A stretch of DNA of 64,000 nt. Source: Polyangiales bacterium (GTDB lineage: Bacteria; Myxococcota_A; Polyangia; Polyangiales; Polyangiaceae). This document shows positions 19,112-30,764 of the stretch, one piece after another. The stretch is taken from contig JBBRNJ010000009.1 in the NCBI GenBank assembly GCA_038230375.1, positions 32,001 to 96,000 of the forward strand, given 5' to 3'. The notes beneath the pieces are model-generated. The model ran no database searches. It was not told the DNA's origin and was given only the letters and a program-made list of their open reading frames with translations. Position 1 is the stretch's first letter. Each line of letters opens with the position of its first letter. Position numbers and translations under genes: made by a program.

Positions 19112-20311
19112 ATGCGTCGCGCCCTCACGATTGCCGCTGTGCCTCTCGCGCTCGTGGCGTTCTTCGCGATGATCTCGCGGTACGCCGCCGCGGACGAGGA
19201 GCTGCCGTTCGTGCCGCAGTCCAGTGACGTCGTCGTCGAGCGTTTGCCCACGGGCGCGAGCGATCCCGAATCGCGCACGGCGGAGGAGCGCCGACGACGC
19301 CTTGCTGCGAACCCAACGGACCTGCGGCTTGCCGTGCGGGTTGCTCGCCGCGACATCGAGCAGTCGCGTTCACGCAGTGACCCGCGCTACCTCGGCCACG
19401 CAGAGGCCGCGCTCGCGCCCTGGTACAAGCTACCTGCTCCTCCGTACGAGGTGCTGCTGCTCCGCGCGACCATTCGCCAGAGCAATCACGACTTCGACGG
19501 CGCGCTCGCGGATCTGACTGCGGCGCGGGCGCTGCGTCCCGACGACCCCCAGCTCCACCTCACGCTCGCCGTGATCCTGACGGTGCGCGCGGAGTACCCC
19601 GCGGCGCGTGAGGCGTGCGCGCGCGTGCGTGAGCTCTCTCAGCCGTATCCGGCAGAGGTGTGCGAGACGGCGGTGATGGCCGTGACGGGCGAGGCAGGCC
19701 CTGCATACGAGCGGCTCGAACGTGCCACCGCGGCGCTCGATCCATCGCAGCGCGACCTGCGTGGGTGGGGCCTCTCCACGCTCGGAGAGATCGCGCTGCG
19801 CAAGGGAGACGACGCGGCCGCGGAGGCGCGCTTCAAGGAGGCGCTCGCGCTGGACCCCAATGATGCGTACGTGCTGGGCGCGTACGCGGACCTGCTCCTT
19901 GACCTCCAGCGCCCCGCCGAGGTTCTGCCGCTGGTGTCCGCGCGCGCGGAGAACGACGGTCTCCTGCTCCGCGCCGTCCTTGCCGAGCGCAGGCTCCCCT
20001 CCGCGAAGAAGGACTTCGAGCGCGACGCGGCGCTGCTCCGTACGCGCTACGACGCAAGCCGAGCGCGCGGTGACGTGGTGCACCGCCGCGAGCAGGCGCG
20101 CTTCTCCTTGTTTGCGGACGACGACGCCCAGCGAGCGCTCCGCCTTGCACGCGAGAACTACGACGTGCAACGCGAGGTGGCAGACGCCCGCATCCTGCTC
20201 GAGGCCGCGAACGCCACTGGAGAGCCCGATGCCAGCGAGAAGGCGCGCGCGTGGGTGCGGGACTCGAAGATCGAAGAGCCGCGGCTCCGCGCGCTTGCAG
20301 GGGTGCCATGA
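19112..20311 (+). CDS. secreted TPR protein of the type found in DUF4331 clusters
   Basis: N-terminal hydrophobic segment, DPRYLGHAE, QSNHDF, helical TPR pattern, H.RE.A, NYDVQRE. Confidence 0.8.
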   Translation: MRRALTIAAVPLALVAFFAMISRYAAADEELPFVPQSSDVVVERLPTGASDPESRTAEERRRRLAANPTDLRLAVRVARRDIEQSRSRSDPRYLGHAEAALAPWYKLPAPPYEVLLLRATIRQSNHDFDGALADLTAARALRPDDPQLHLTLAVILTVRAEYPAAREACARVRELSQPYPAEVCETAVMAVTGEAGPAYERLERATAALDPSQRDLRGWGLSTLGEIALRKGDDAAAEARFKEALALDPNDAYVLGAYADLLLDLQRPAEVLPLVSARAENDGLLLRAVLAERRLPSAKKDFERDAALLRTRYDASRARGDVVHRREQARFSLFADDDAQRALRLARENYDVQREVADARILLEAANATGEPDASEKARAWVRDSKIEEPRLRALAGVP

Positions 20312-21465
20312 CGCGCGCGAGGACACTGCTCGCGCTGCTGGCGGGGCTCGCGGTCTTCCTTTTCGCCAGCGTAGCCCACGCGCACAAGCCGAGCGACGCA
20401 TACGTTCGCCTCGCGGTGGACGGCGCGAAGATCACCGGAAGGATCGACCTTGCCGTTCGTGACCTGGACTACGCGTTGGGGGTGGACGGCGATCACGACG
20501 GCAACGTGACGTGGGGCGAGCTCCAGAGCCGCAAGGACGCTCTCACTGCCTACGTGACGGAGCGCGTCACCATCGCCGCGGACGGAAAACCGTGCACTTT
20601 GCATGTAAATGCCCTGAGCGTCGTCCACCACTCCGACGGCGCCTACGCGGTCCTCGATCTGGACGCCTCTTGCGACGCTGCAGTGCACACGCTCGACCTC
20701 GACTACGCGCTGTTCTTCGACGTGGACCCTCAGCATCGCGGCCTGGTTCGCGTGGGCACAGGCGCGGCCTCGCAGTCCCTCGCGTTCTCCGACGGCGAGC
20801 GCCATCTGCGCGTGGTGCCGGGCGCAGAGACCGCGTGGCGTCCATTCGCTGCGATGGTGAAGCAGGGCGTCTCGCACATCGGCCAGGGCTACGACCACCT
20901 GCTCTTCCTCATTGCGTTGCTCTTGACCGCGGTGCTGGTCCGCAAGGACGACGGCGCGCTCTCACCCGTGGCCACGTTTCGCACGGCGCTCTGGGACGTG
21001 GCGCGCATCGTCACTGCGTTCACGGTCGCGCATTCGATCACGCTGAGCCTGGCATCCACGCGCATCGTCTCGCTTCCGTCGCGCTTCGTGGAATCCGCCA
21101 TCGCGCTCAGCGTGATCGTCGCCGCCGCGAACAACCTGCGCAGGTTCCTTGGCAAGGATCGGTGGGTCGCGGCATTCGCGCTCGGCCTGCTCCACGGCTT
21201 CGGCTTCTCGTCCACGCTGCTCGACCTGGGGCTGCCGAAGGACGGGCTCATCGTGTCCCTCCTGGGCTTCAACGTTGGTGTGGAGCTCGGGCAGCTCGGC
21301 GTGGTGGCAGTGTTCCTGCCCGTGGCGTTCGCGCTGCGGAGGACCACGCTCTATCAACGCTGGCTCCTGAAAGGCGGCTCCATCGTGATCGCGCTCGTCG
21401 CTGCGGTGTGGCTGGTGGAGCGCGCGTTTGCGATCACGCTCTTTCGCCGCATGCTGGGCGGGTGA
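20308..21465 (+). CDS. HupE/UreJ family membrane protein with N-terminal periplasmic domain
   Basis: AHAHKPS, HIGQGYDHLLF, TAFTVAHSITL, GLLHGFGF, FNVGVELGQ. ATGA overlap with the TPR gene. Confidence 0.9.
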   Translation: MTRARTLLALLAGLAVFLFASVAHAHKPSDAYVRLAVDGAKITGRIDLAVRDLDYALGVDGDHDGNVTWGELQSRKDALTAYVTERVTIAADGKPCTLHVNALSVVHHSDGAYAVLDLDASCDAAVHTLDLDYALFFDVDPQHRGLVRVGTGAASQSLAFSDGERHLRVVPGAETAWRPFAAMVKQGVSHIGQGYDHLLFLIALLLTAVLVRKDDGALSPVATFRTALWDVARIVTAFTVAHSITLSLASTRIVSLPSRFVESAIALSVIVAAANNLRRFLGKDRWVAAFALGLLHGFGFSSTLLDLGLPKDGLIVSLLGFNVGVELGQLGVVAVFLPVAFALRRTTLYQRWLLKGGSIVIALVAAVWLVERAFAITLFRRMLGG

Positions 21466-21483
21466 CGCGCCAGAGCGGCCCGA

Positions 21484-22056
21484 TCAGAGCGCCAGGAACG
21501 CTTCCTTGATCTTCTTCGCGTCCGCGACGGAAGCATCCGTCTCCGCGGTCTGGTGGACGGAGAGCGTGGTGGCCCTGCGCTGCAGCACCTCGCGGTGCTT
21601 GAGATACTTGTTCGTGACGGACGCCATCTCGATGCCCTTCACGGCGGCCGGTGCATCGAGGTACTCGCATGCGACGACGTGAATGTCCGTCTTCGTGACG
21701 CCCTTGAAGCAATAGCGAGCACCGATGGTGAAGCCCGCCACCTGCTTCCTGTCTTCCAGCGGGAGGTTGAGCTTGGTGGTGATGGTGTCGAAGACCTTCT
21801 CGACTGTGGGGTCGGCCTTGGGCCGGTTGTCCTTCTCCGATGCGAGCTTCGCGAAGAGGCCGTTCAGGTCGTTCGGGTCACCCGTGTAAGCTCCCTGCGC
21901 AGACAGTGCGGCCGACGGCACGGGCTGCGCACTCGCGGAAGGCGCTGGAACCGTTACCTTTGCGCTCGTGCTCGTGCTCGCGCTCTCCTCTGGCTTGTCC
22001 TTGCACGCCACGAAGATGAGTGTCGCAAACGCGATGGTGGAGAGCTTGTGGGACAT
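21484..22056 (-). CDS. hypothetical lipoprotein
   Basis: MSHKLSTIAFATLIFVAC lipobox followed by an S/A-rich linker. Confidence 0.7.
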   Translation of the reverse strand: MSHKLSTIAFATLIFVACKDKPEESASTSTSAKVTVPAPSASAQPVPSAALSAQGAYTGDPNDLNGLFAKLASEKDNRPKADPTVEKVFDTITTKLNLPLEDRKQVAGFTIGARYCFKGVTKTDIHVVACEYLDAPAAVKGIEMASVTNKYLKHREVLQRRATTLSVHQTAETDASVADAKKIKEAFLAL

Positions 22057-22143
22057 CAAGACCTTCATGGGTGAGGCTAAACGCGTCAGCCTTCTGCGCG
22101 GACTTCCAAAAGGAAGCGCAGGCATAACAATTTCGTCTCCTGG

Positions 22144-22169
22144 CGATCCACCAGGGTGCAAGCAACGTA
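22144..22169 (+). promoter_or_regulatory. putative ECF-sigma promoter CGATCC-N16-CGTA
   Basis: CGATCC accagggtgcaagcaa CGTA, about 60 bp upstream of the DUF4331 start. Confidence 0.5.
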
Positions 22170-22228
22170 GGATGGTACCCCGGGTCTATTCCAGACGCGG
22201 GCATATCGATCCCTAGGAGGAGAGAGAC

Positions 22229-23854
22229 ATGAGAAGACGGCTTGTATTGGCAGCGGCGTTCGCTGCTGGCGCGTGCGTGTTGGGGACGGGGGCAGAGGCG
22301 CAGGCATCGAGCCACCGCGAGGCTCCGTTCGTCACCGAGAACCCGAAGGTCGACAGCACTGACTTCTACATGTTCAGGAGCTACGAGTCCGGCCGCTCGG
22401 ACTACGTGACCATCATCGCCAACTACCTTCCGCTGCAGGATGCGTACGGCGGCCCGAACTACTTCACGCTGGATCCGCAGGCACGCTACGACATCAACAT
22501 CGACAACAACGCGGACGGCGTTCCGGACCTGAGCTTCCAGTTCCAGTTCCAGAACACGCTCGTCGCTGCGGCGAACACGTTGCCGATCACGCTCGAGGGC
22601 GTCACCAAGAACAACTCGGTGTCGCTGATCAACCTCGGAGGTATCTCGGCGGTCGACAACTCCAAGCTCGGCGTCGTCGAGACCTACAACCTGAACGTTG
22701 TCCGTGGAGCTGCTGCGCCTGTCGCCGTCGGCGGCACGTTCAACAAGCCGGTCGACAACATCGGCACGACCAGCATCGCGAACTACGCGGCGTACTCCGC
22801 CGCGAACATCCACACGACCACGCTTCCGGGTTGCGCTGGCGGCTTGCCTGCTGGCCAGATCAAGGTCTTCGTGGGTCAGCGTGCCGAAGGCTTCGCCGCG
22901 AACATCGGCGTCGTGTTCGACCTCATCCAGGGCGGCGGCATCGCCGGCGTCATCACGAACGGCTCGACCGAAGCCGGTCGTGGTCGCCAGGCGAACGCGG
23001 ACGACACGGGCCTTCTTTACGGAAAGAACGTCACGTCGATCGCGCTCGAGATCCCGCGCACGTGCCTCACGTCCGCCACCAGCACCATCATCGGCGGCTG
23101 GACCACGGCGAACCTGCACCAGGCGCGCGTGCTGAACCCGAACGCCAGCTACACCGTTCCTGCGAAGGAAGGCGGCGCGTTCACCCAGGTCTCGCGCCTC
23201 GGCATGCCCCTCGTCAACGAGGTCGTCGTCGGTATCAAGGACAAGGACCTCTACGGCTCGCTCGCCGTGAAGGACACCGGCAAGATCGCCGACTACGTCA
23301 CCCACCCCACGCTGCCTGCGATCATCGAGATCCTGTACGGCGGCGCCGGTGCGATTGCTCCGAAGAAGATCCGCACGGATCTCGTCGCGACGTTCGCGCA
23401 GGGTCTCGTCGTCACGCCCACCGTCGGCGCGGCGATCCCCTTCACGCAGAACACCACCACGGGCGTGTTCGAATACCTGCGCCTCAACGTGGCGGACGGC
23501 TTCGGCGCACCGCCCAGCAAGGCGCTGCAGGTCGGCAACGTTGGCATCAACGGCCTCGGCGTGCTCGGCTGCTTCACGGCGGACCGTCATGTCGACATCA
23601 CTGCAGCCAACCTGGTCGCCAACGGCGGTCCCTGCGACCTCCAGGGCTTCCCCAACGGGCGCCGCCCCGGTGACGACGTCGTCGACATCACGCTGCGCGT
23701 CGCCATGGGTGCGCTCTTCGCCAACGACGTGGACGCTCCGGCACGCAACGTTCCGTTCACCGACGCCAACTTCAACGGCGCGGAGCAGTTCGACGACACG
23801 TTCCCATACCTGAAGAACCCGTTCCCGGGCAACGGCCCCTACGCGAAGAACTGA
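22229..23854 (+). CDS. DUF4331 domain secreted protein
   Basis: Signal peptide then SSHREAP, DFYMFRSYE, GGPNYF, QVSRLGMPLVNE, GFPNGRRPGDDVVD, FPYL; strong AGGAGG RBS. Confidence 0.92.
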   Translation: MRRRLVLAAAFAAGACVLGTGAEAQASSHREAPFVTENPKVDSTDFYMFRSYESGRSDYVTIIANYLPLQDAYGGPNYFTLDPQARYDINIDNNADGVPDLSFQFQFQNTLVAAANTLPITLEGVTKNNSVSLINLGGISAVDNSKLGVVETYNLNVVRGAAAPVAVGGTFNKPVDNIGTTSIANYAAYSAANIHTTTLPGCAGGLPAGQIKVFVGQRAEGFAANIGVVFDLIQGGGIAGVITNGSTEAGRGRQANADDTGLLYGKNVTSIALEIPRTCLTSATSTIIGGWTTANLHQARVLNPNASYTVPAKEGGAFTQVSRLGMPLVNEVVVGIKDKDLYGSLAVKDTGKIADYVTHPTLPAIIEILYGGAGAIAPKKIRTDLVATFAQGLVVTPTVGAAIPFTQNTTTGVFEYLRLNVADGFGAPPSKALQVGNVGINGLGVLGCFTADRHVDITAANLVANGGPCDLQGFPNGRRPGDDVVDITLRVAMGALFANDVDAPARNVPFTDANFNGAEQFDDTFPYLKNPFPGNGPYAKN

Positions 23855-23867
23855 GCAGACCAAGACC

Positions 23868-24200
23868 ATGAGAAAATGGATCTGGACCCTGCTCACTAGC
23901 GGCACCATCGCCCTCGCGGCGATGGGCGTGGCGGCGTGCGGCGATGACAGCCCCAACGACACCCCGACCGATGGCGGCAAGGGCGATGGCAGCATCGTCC
24001 CCGGCGCTGACGGCTCGGTTCCTGGCAAGGACGGCGGCATGAACACGATGGACGGCGGAGGTGCGTGCAACTTCGCGACCTACGTCATCGGTCTGACCAA
24101 GCAGCCCGGCACGGCAACCCCTGATCCCACGCTGGGCTCAGGCTGCAAGGACACCGCGAGCACGACGACGCAGGCGGACTTCGCCTCGCTCTTCCCGTAG
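23868..24200 (+). CDS. small lipoprotein co-transcribed with DUF4331
   Basis: Lipobox VAAC, DGG-rich linker, 13 bp after the DUF4331 stop. Confidence 0.75.
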   Translation: MRKWIWTLLTSGTIALAAMGVAACGDDSPNDTPTDGGKGDGSIVPGADGSVPGKDGGMNTMDGGGACNFATYVIGLTKQPGTATPDPTLGSGCKDTASTTTQADFASLFP

Positions 24201-24217
24201 CCAGCGGCACCAGCGGC

Positions 24218-24259
24218 AAGCGCCCAGTCTCCCAGAAGGGGACTGGGCGTTTTGCTTTT
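24218..24259 (+). terminator. Rho-independent terminator
   Basis: Stem CGCCCAGTC (24221-24229) / GACTGGGCG (24241-24249) followed by TTTTGCTTTT. Confidence 0.85.
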
Positions 24260-24436
24260 GAGCGAACGGGAAGCAGCTTGGGATGACAAAGCCATGATTT
24301 CAATGGTGTAGATCGATCCGCTACAGACATTGTGAGCCCGTGTGGGTGGATGGCGGAGTTTTCCTTGCATCGCGTCTCAATCGCGCTACAGCACCGTTGT
24401 CGCGCCGGACGGCGCACCAACCAGGTGAGCAAGACC

Positions 24437-25075
24437 ATGAACGCCAAGAGCCTCTTTTTCGGATCGCTTCTTCTCTCCCTCAGCATGTTCGCATGCGCCG
24501 CCGAGACCTCGGACCAGGCGAATGCAGAGCAGGGGCAAGAGGAGGATCTCACCTCTGGAGCGAAGCAGGTCACTGGTGCATGGCACGTCGGAGCGAAGGC
24601 GTTCGATAGCAGCGAGGCCCTGGTCTTCCACACCGACGGCACGTTCGTCCACGATCAGTTCCGCATCCTCAACGGCGTGCTCATCGCCGGCGGGCCGCCC
24701 CCCGGCCGCGACACGGGCACGTTCAGCGTGAACAAGACCAAGGGCACCATCACCCTCCACGTGAAGCAAGGCTGGCACTCCGGCGACTCCGAGGTCTTCG
24801 ACTACACGTACACTCCCGCGAAGATCATGAACGGTGTCTTCCTGCCGGGCCACCAGCCCGAGGCCTCGCTCGCGCTGACGCACGCACCGCCGACCAACGG
24901 CTCCAAGATCGCGTACCCGACGATCACGTTCACCGCGCAGGACTCGTACTGCAACGGCCTGCCGAACGTCTCCACGAACGACTGCGAAGTGCAGCGCAAC
25001 GAGAAGCTCTGGATGCCCAATGGTTCGGGCAAGAGCGTCTGCAACGTCTCCAAGCACGTCTGCGAGACCAGGTAA
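24437..25075 (+). CDS. hypothetical lipoprotein
   Basis: MNAKSLFFGSLLLSLSMFAC lipobox; lipocalin-like G.W and DGTF segments; Cys-rich C-terminus. Confidence 0.72.
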   Translation: MNAKSLFFGSLLLSLSMFACAAETSDQANAEQGQEEDLTSGAKQVTGAWHVGAKAFDSSEALVFHTDGTFVHDQFRILNGVLIAGGPPPGRDTGTFSVNKTKGTITLHVKQGWHSGDSEVFDYTYTPAKIMNGVFLPGHQPEASLALTHAPPTNGSKIAYPTITFTAQDSYCNGLPNVSTNDCEVQRNEKLWMPNGSGKSVCNVSKHVCETR

Positions 25076-25176
25076 TCCGCACGCCCCGAGCTTCCCTTCC
25101 TTCGCATTGACTTCGCATTGCGGCGACCACTCTCCTGGAGCGATCGCCGCCTGCGTTTTGTCTGTAGTCTGTCGCG

Positions 25177-27042
25177 GTGAAGGTCTCTGGCAACCTCTCG
25201 TTCATCAAGCGAGGCATGCTCTTCCTCGGCGTGGCCGCGGTGGCGTCGCTCGTGTACACGCTGATGAAGAAGGAGCGGGTGCCCGAGCAAGCTCCGGTCG
25301 ACGAGAGCGCTGTGGTCGCTGGCTCGCACCCTCTTGCTCTGATCGCGGAGCCGCTCACGCTCATGTCCCTGGAGCGGCGTGGCTTCGCGCTCAATCGCGT
25401 GCTGGGCGCGCCTGGAACGCGCAATGCCGATCTGATGGAGAGCCGCGCGTATGCGGACCTTGTCTCCACGCTGAAGGCAGACCTTGCCGAGCTGGATGCT
25501 CGTCCGGGGATCGGCGGTGAGAAGGCGATGAACCATCCATTCAAGGTCGGATGGCTGTCGGATGAGGACGCGCGCTTCGAGCTGGTCGGTGTGGTGCCGC
25601 GGCTCGATCGCGCGTTCGTGGAGGCGGGTACGTGCGGTGAGCTACGTCTCGTCTACCGCCTTGCGCTCACGAGGAAGGGGCGACCCGGCACGCGCCTCCC
25701 CATGACGCTCAGCGTGCTGATGATCCCGCGCGGCGACGCGGCAACATGCCGGGAGCTCGCGCGGGCGTTCACCGAGCTGCCGGAGCGCGGGCAATCACGC
25801 GTGGTCGCTCTCGCAGGCCTGCTGACGCGGAGCGCTGCTGCTCCCCGACGGGTGGAGGTGAACCTCCAGAACCTGCACGGTCCTTCCGTGCGACGCGACT
25901 CCGACGATCACGCAGAGTACCTGATGCGCTCATTCGACGTGACGCCACACGGGCTGTCGCCACATCCGTTGCTCAACACGCCGCGCGAGGATCTCAAGGA
26001 CGACGAGAAGAAGGCGCTCGCAGCGCTGCTCGTGCAGCGCTTCCTGGAGGTGGACCAGGGCACGTTCGTGATGCCCGATGCGTTCGCGGCGAAGCGCGCG
26101 ATCTCCGTGGCGCCGCGTGGCCTCGCACGCCGCAGGAACCGCGTGTTCGCGCAGCTCTTCGGTGACGACGCCACGCAGCTCTTCGCATCACTTCCATACG
26201 ACCGCGCGAAGCTCGTGAAGTCTCCACGCGCACTCCTGCGACGCCTGGACACGGGCACGTGCCAGGGGTGCCACGCGAGCCGGAGCATCGCGGGCTTTCA
26301 TCTCCTCGGTGAGGAGCGGACCGCGGAGGCCTTCAACGGGCTGGCCGTGGGCCACGGCAATCACCTGGAAGAGGAGCTGCCGTGGCGCGAGCGTCAGCTG
26401 GTCGCCCTTGCGAATGGTGCAGTATACATTGAACCGCGCCCGTTCGCGGAGCGCGCGGCGTCAGGGCCTGGCGGCTACGGCGCGCGATGCGGCATGGGAG
26501 ACCCCGGTTTCAAGGAGCTCGGCTGCGGCCCAGGCCTCACGTGCAAGGACTTCGTCATCGACGAGCTGGGCGCGTGCACTCACGCGGCGGAGAACCGCGA
26601 AGGCGATGCGTGCGAGCGCGTCACGGTGACGTTCGGAGCTGGCCCTGATGGCGACACGACGGCCCCCGACGCAAAGGAGCCCTGCATGATCGGCGGCGCC
26701 CTTGTCCCGAGCGACGCGTGCAGCCCCAACTCGTACGGCTTCCCTGGCGGCATGTGCAGCGCTGACTGTGAACGAACTGGTGAGGTGACGGGCGACGCGA
26801 TCTGCGCGCCGCTCCCTGCAGCCGGATACGAATCGGACTGCTTCGCCACCGACGTACCCATCGAGACGTGCATCCAGACCCACCTCGCCAAGCGCCGCGT
26901 GCGCGCCTGCGACGAGAAGCACGCTTGCCGCGATGACTTCGCGTGCGTACGCGTGCCGGGCGCGACGAATGGAATGGGCGCGTGCGTGCCGCCGTACTTC
27001 GTCTTCCAGGCTCGCGTCGACGGTCCGCGCACGGATCGCTGA
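25177..27042 (+). CDS. hypothetical membrane-anchored protein with one CxxCH motif and a Cys-rich C-terminal region
   Basis: N-terminal TM helix, TCQGCH, many C-terminal Cys, GACVPPYFVFQ.R.DG end. Confidence 0.7.
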   Translation: MKVSGNLSFIKRGMLFLGVAAVASLVYTLMKKERVPEQAPVDESAVVAGSHPLALIAEPLTLMSLERRGFALNRVLGAPGTRNADLMESRAYADLVSTLKADLAELDARPGIGGEKAMNHPFKVGWLSDEDARFELVGVVPRLDRAFVEAGTCGELRLVYRLALTRKGRPGTRLPMTLSVLMIPRGDAATCRELARAFTELPERGQSRVVALAGLLTRSAAAPRRVEVNLQNLHGPSVRRDSDDHAEYLMRSFDVTPHGLSPHPLLNTPREDLKDDEKKALAALLVQRFLEVDQGTFVMPDAFAAKRAISVAPRGLARRRNRVFAQLFGDDATQLFASLPYDRAKLVKSPRALLRRLDTGTCQGCHASRSIAGFHLLGEERTAEAFNGLAVGHGNHLEEELPWRERQLVALANGAVYIEPRPFAERAASGPGGYGARCGMGDPGFKELGCGPGLTCKDFVIDELGACTHAAENREGDACERVTVTFGAGPDGDTTAPDAKEPCMIGGALVPSDACSPNSYGFPGGMCSADCERTGEVTGDAICAPLPAAGYESDCFATDVPIETCIQTHLAKRRVRACDEKHACRDDFACVRVPGATNGMGACVPPYFVFQARVDGPRTDR

Positions 27043-27057
27043 GCAACGCTCGTGACG

Positions 27058-27897
27058 TCAGCCCATGCGCTGGGCGATCGCCGCGGCATCGATGGTGAGC
27101 TGGGACAGCATGGGCGGTGTCACTCCAAGGAGCGCTATCTCTGCTTCCGGTCGCGCGTCAGCGGTCTCCCCATCGAGAGCGAAGCCCTGCTCCGAGGCGA
27201 GCCACTCGGCGATCGCGATCGCGCACGCCATGGGATGCGCGAAGCCATTGATATGGAGGGAGTGATGATGCTCCACCACGAGCGTCACATCGGTAGGGAG
27301 CTTCCAGGCCTGCGTGAGGATGCCGCCGATCTCACCGTGGACCTCGAGGATCGCGGGCCATGCGAGGTCGGCCGGGACCCCCTTCCCGACGGCCGCAGCC
27401 CCCGCCGCCATTCCGACGTCGTGTAGCAACGCGCACATGAAGGCGTACTCATCCATCACCGAGATCTGCCTGCAGACAAGCCGCGCGAGCTGCGCGGTCA
27501 TGCTGGAATGACGGCGGAGCGAGCCCATGTATCGCTCGAAGCCGGGCGCGCGGAAGATGCGAACGGAGGCGGTGATCTCGAAGAAGAGAAGACCCAGCTC
27601 CTCCATGCCAAGACGCATGACCGCATCACGCAGCGAGGTGACGCGCGCGCCCCGCGAGAAGAACGCCGACTGCGCAACGGCCAGCACCTTGGCGGCGATG
27701 AGCGGGTCCTGCTCCATCAGGCGGACCACATGCATGATCTCGGTGTCGGGCCGCCGCGTGAGCTCGACCAGCTTGATCGCCATGTCGGGCAGCAAGGGAA
27801 GCTGGTAGCCGGGAGCGTTGAGGGCCGCCTTCGCGCGCGCGAGCACTTCTTTCCCCGTGATGGTGGGGGCCGCAACTGCCCTGCTTCGATTCATCAT
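27058..27897 (-). CDS. HDOD domain protein
   Basis: LPLLP, DPLIAAKVL, AVMRLG, RRHS, LLHDVG, W.LP, HHH. Confidence 0.88.
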   Translation of the reverse strand: MMNRSRAVAAPTITGKEVLARAKAALNAPGYQLPLLPDMAIKLVELTRRPDTEIMHVVRLMEQDPLIAAKVLAVAQSAFFSRGARVTSLRDAVMRLGMEELGLLFFEITASVRIFRAPGFERYMGSLRRHSSMTAQLARLVCRQISVMDEYAFMCALLHDVGMAAGAAAVGKGVPADLAWPAILEVHGEIGGILTQAWKLPTDVTLVVEHHHSLHINGFAHPMACAIAIAEWLASEQGFALDGETADARPEAEIALLGVTPPMLSQLTIDAAAIAQRMG

Positions 27898-27941
27898 CGA
27901 TCGACGGAACGGCGCCCGCTGAAAAAACTGGAACGAGTTGC

Positions 27942-28439
27942 TCAGTGACCGGGGCAGCAGTTCGCGTCGCACGCAGGCGTGACGGGCGCGTTGGGCGACA
28001 GCCAGATGCACGACGAGCCATCCCACTGGCAACGGTCACACGACGAACCGCTGGAGCTACCCGTCGAGCCACCGCTGTTGTTGTTGGCGGGCGGGCCATC
28101 GATCAGCGCCACGGCGTCTGCGCAGTTGAGCGAGACGAACTGCGACAGCTCGTCCTGGGTGTGGTTCTGCGCGGCGCACTGGCTGGCGCAGCTCTGGTGG
28201 TTGTCCGCAGTGTCGATGCCCTTGCACCCCAGGTAGAGCGCGCATGCGCCGTCACACGTCGCGGCGCCGTTGCCAGTCGCGGTACCGGCGTTGCTACCAG
28301 TGCCGCTGGTCGCGCCGTTGCTACCCGGACCGTTCCCCTGATTGCCGTTGGTGGTTGAGCCACCGGCGCTACCTGCAGAGCAAGCGATTGTGGAGACAGC
28401 GAAGGCAGCAACGACGGTGGCGATGGGGAAGAGACGCAC
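27942..28439 (-). CDS. Cys-rich lipoprotein
   Basis: Lipobox IAC, G/N/S/T linker, multiple Cys; AGGAGG RBS upstream. Confidence 0.72.
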   Translation of the reverse strand: MRLFPIATVVAAFAVSTIACSAGSAGGSTTNGNQGNGPGSNGATSGTGSNAGTATGNGAATCDGACALYLGCKGIDTADNHQSCASQCAAQNHTQDELSQFVSLNCADAVALIDGPPANNNSGGSTGSSSGSSCDRCQWDGSSCIWLSPNAPVTPACDANCCPGH

Positions 28440-28659
28440 GATGAAGAACCTCCTGAGGGGTAGTGTTTGGATACGGTGAGTAGGACGACGGCAAGCGCGC
28501 TTGCATTCGCTCCACCCCTGTCACCCCAACGGCGTCCCCAGATCGGGTGACGCACGTTCTCCCGCGAAAACCGCCACAAAAGCGAGCGGCGGCGCCCACG
28601 TTTCCGCGAGCACCGCCGTCCTTTTCAGCCCATCAGAACCACTGGTTCTGCGTGCAGTC

Positions 28660-30582
<1,923 letters not shown>

Positions 30583-30704
30583 GACGATATAGCCTCCGAG
30601 ACCGTTTACGACTGTTGCGGACGATGCCAACTAGAATGGGCCCTCAGGGGAAGAGCCATTAGTTTCGCCCTTTTGCCAGTGAGACCGACGACGTCGTCTC
30701 GGGC

Positions 30705-30732
30705 AAGCTAATCACACCCGGGGAGACGTCAA
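30705..30732 (-). promoter_or_regulatory. possible sigma70-type promoter of dnaK
   Basis: TTGACG-N16-TAGCTT on the minus strand, about 120 bp upstream of the dnaK ATG. Confidence 0.3.
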
Positions 30733-30764
30733 CGCCCAACGTGAAACGTCGGCACGATTCGTGA

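Noticed and set aside
21878..24070. 730-aa minus-strand ORF
   Set aside because: Antisense shadow of the DUF4331 gene and its lipoprotein; no motifs of its own.
28491..28504. 14-bp palindrome GCAAGCGCGCTTGC, resembling a sigma54 site
   Set aside because: GG-to-GC spacing is 11 rather than 10, and it points away from the adjacent gene. A lone GC-rich palindrome is weak evidence.
30583..30700. CIRCE/HrcA operator upstream of dnaK
   Set aside because: No adequate match to TTAGCACTC-N9-GAGTGCTAA.
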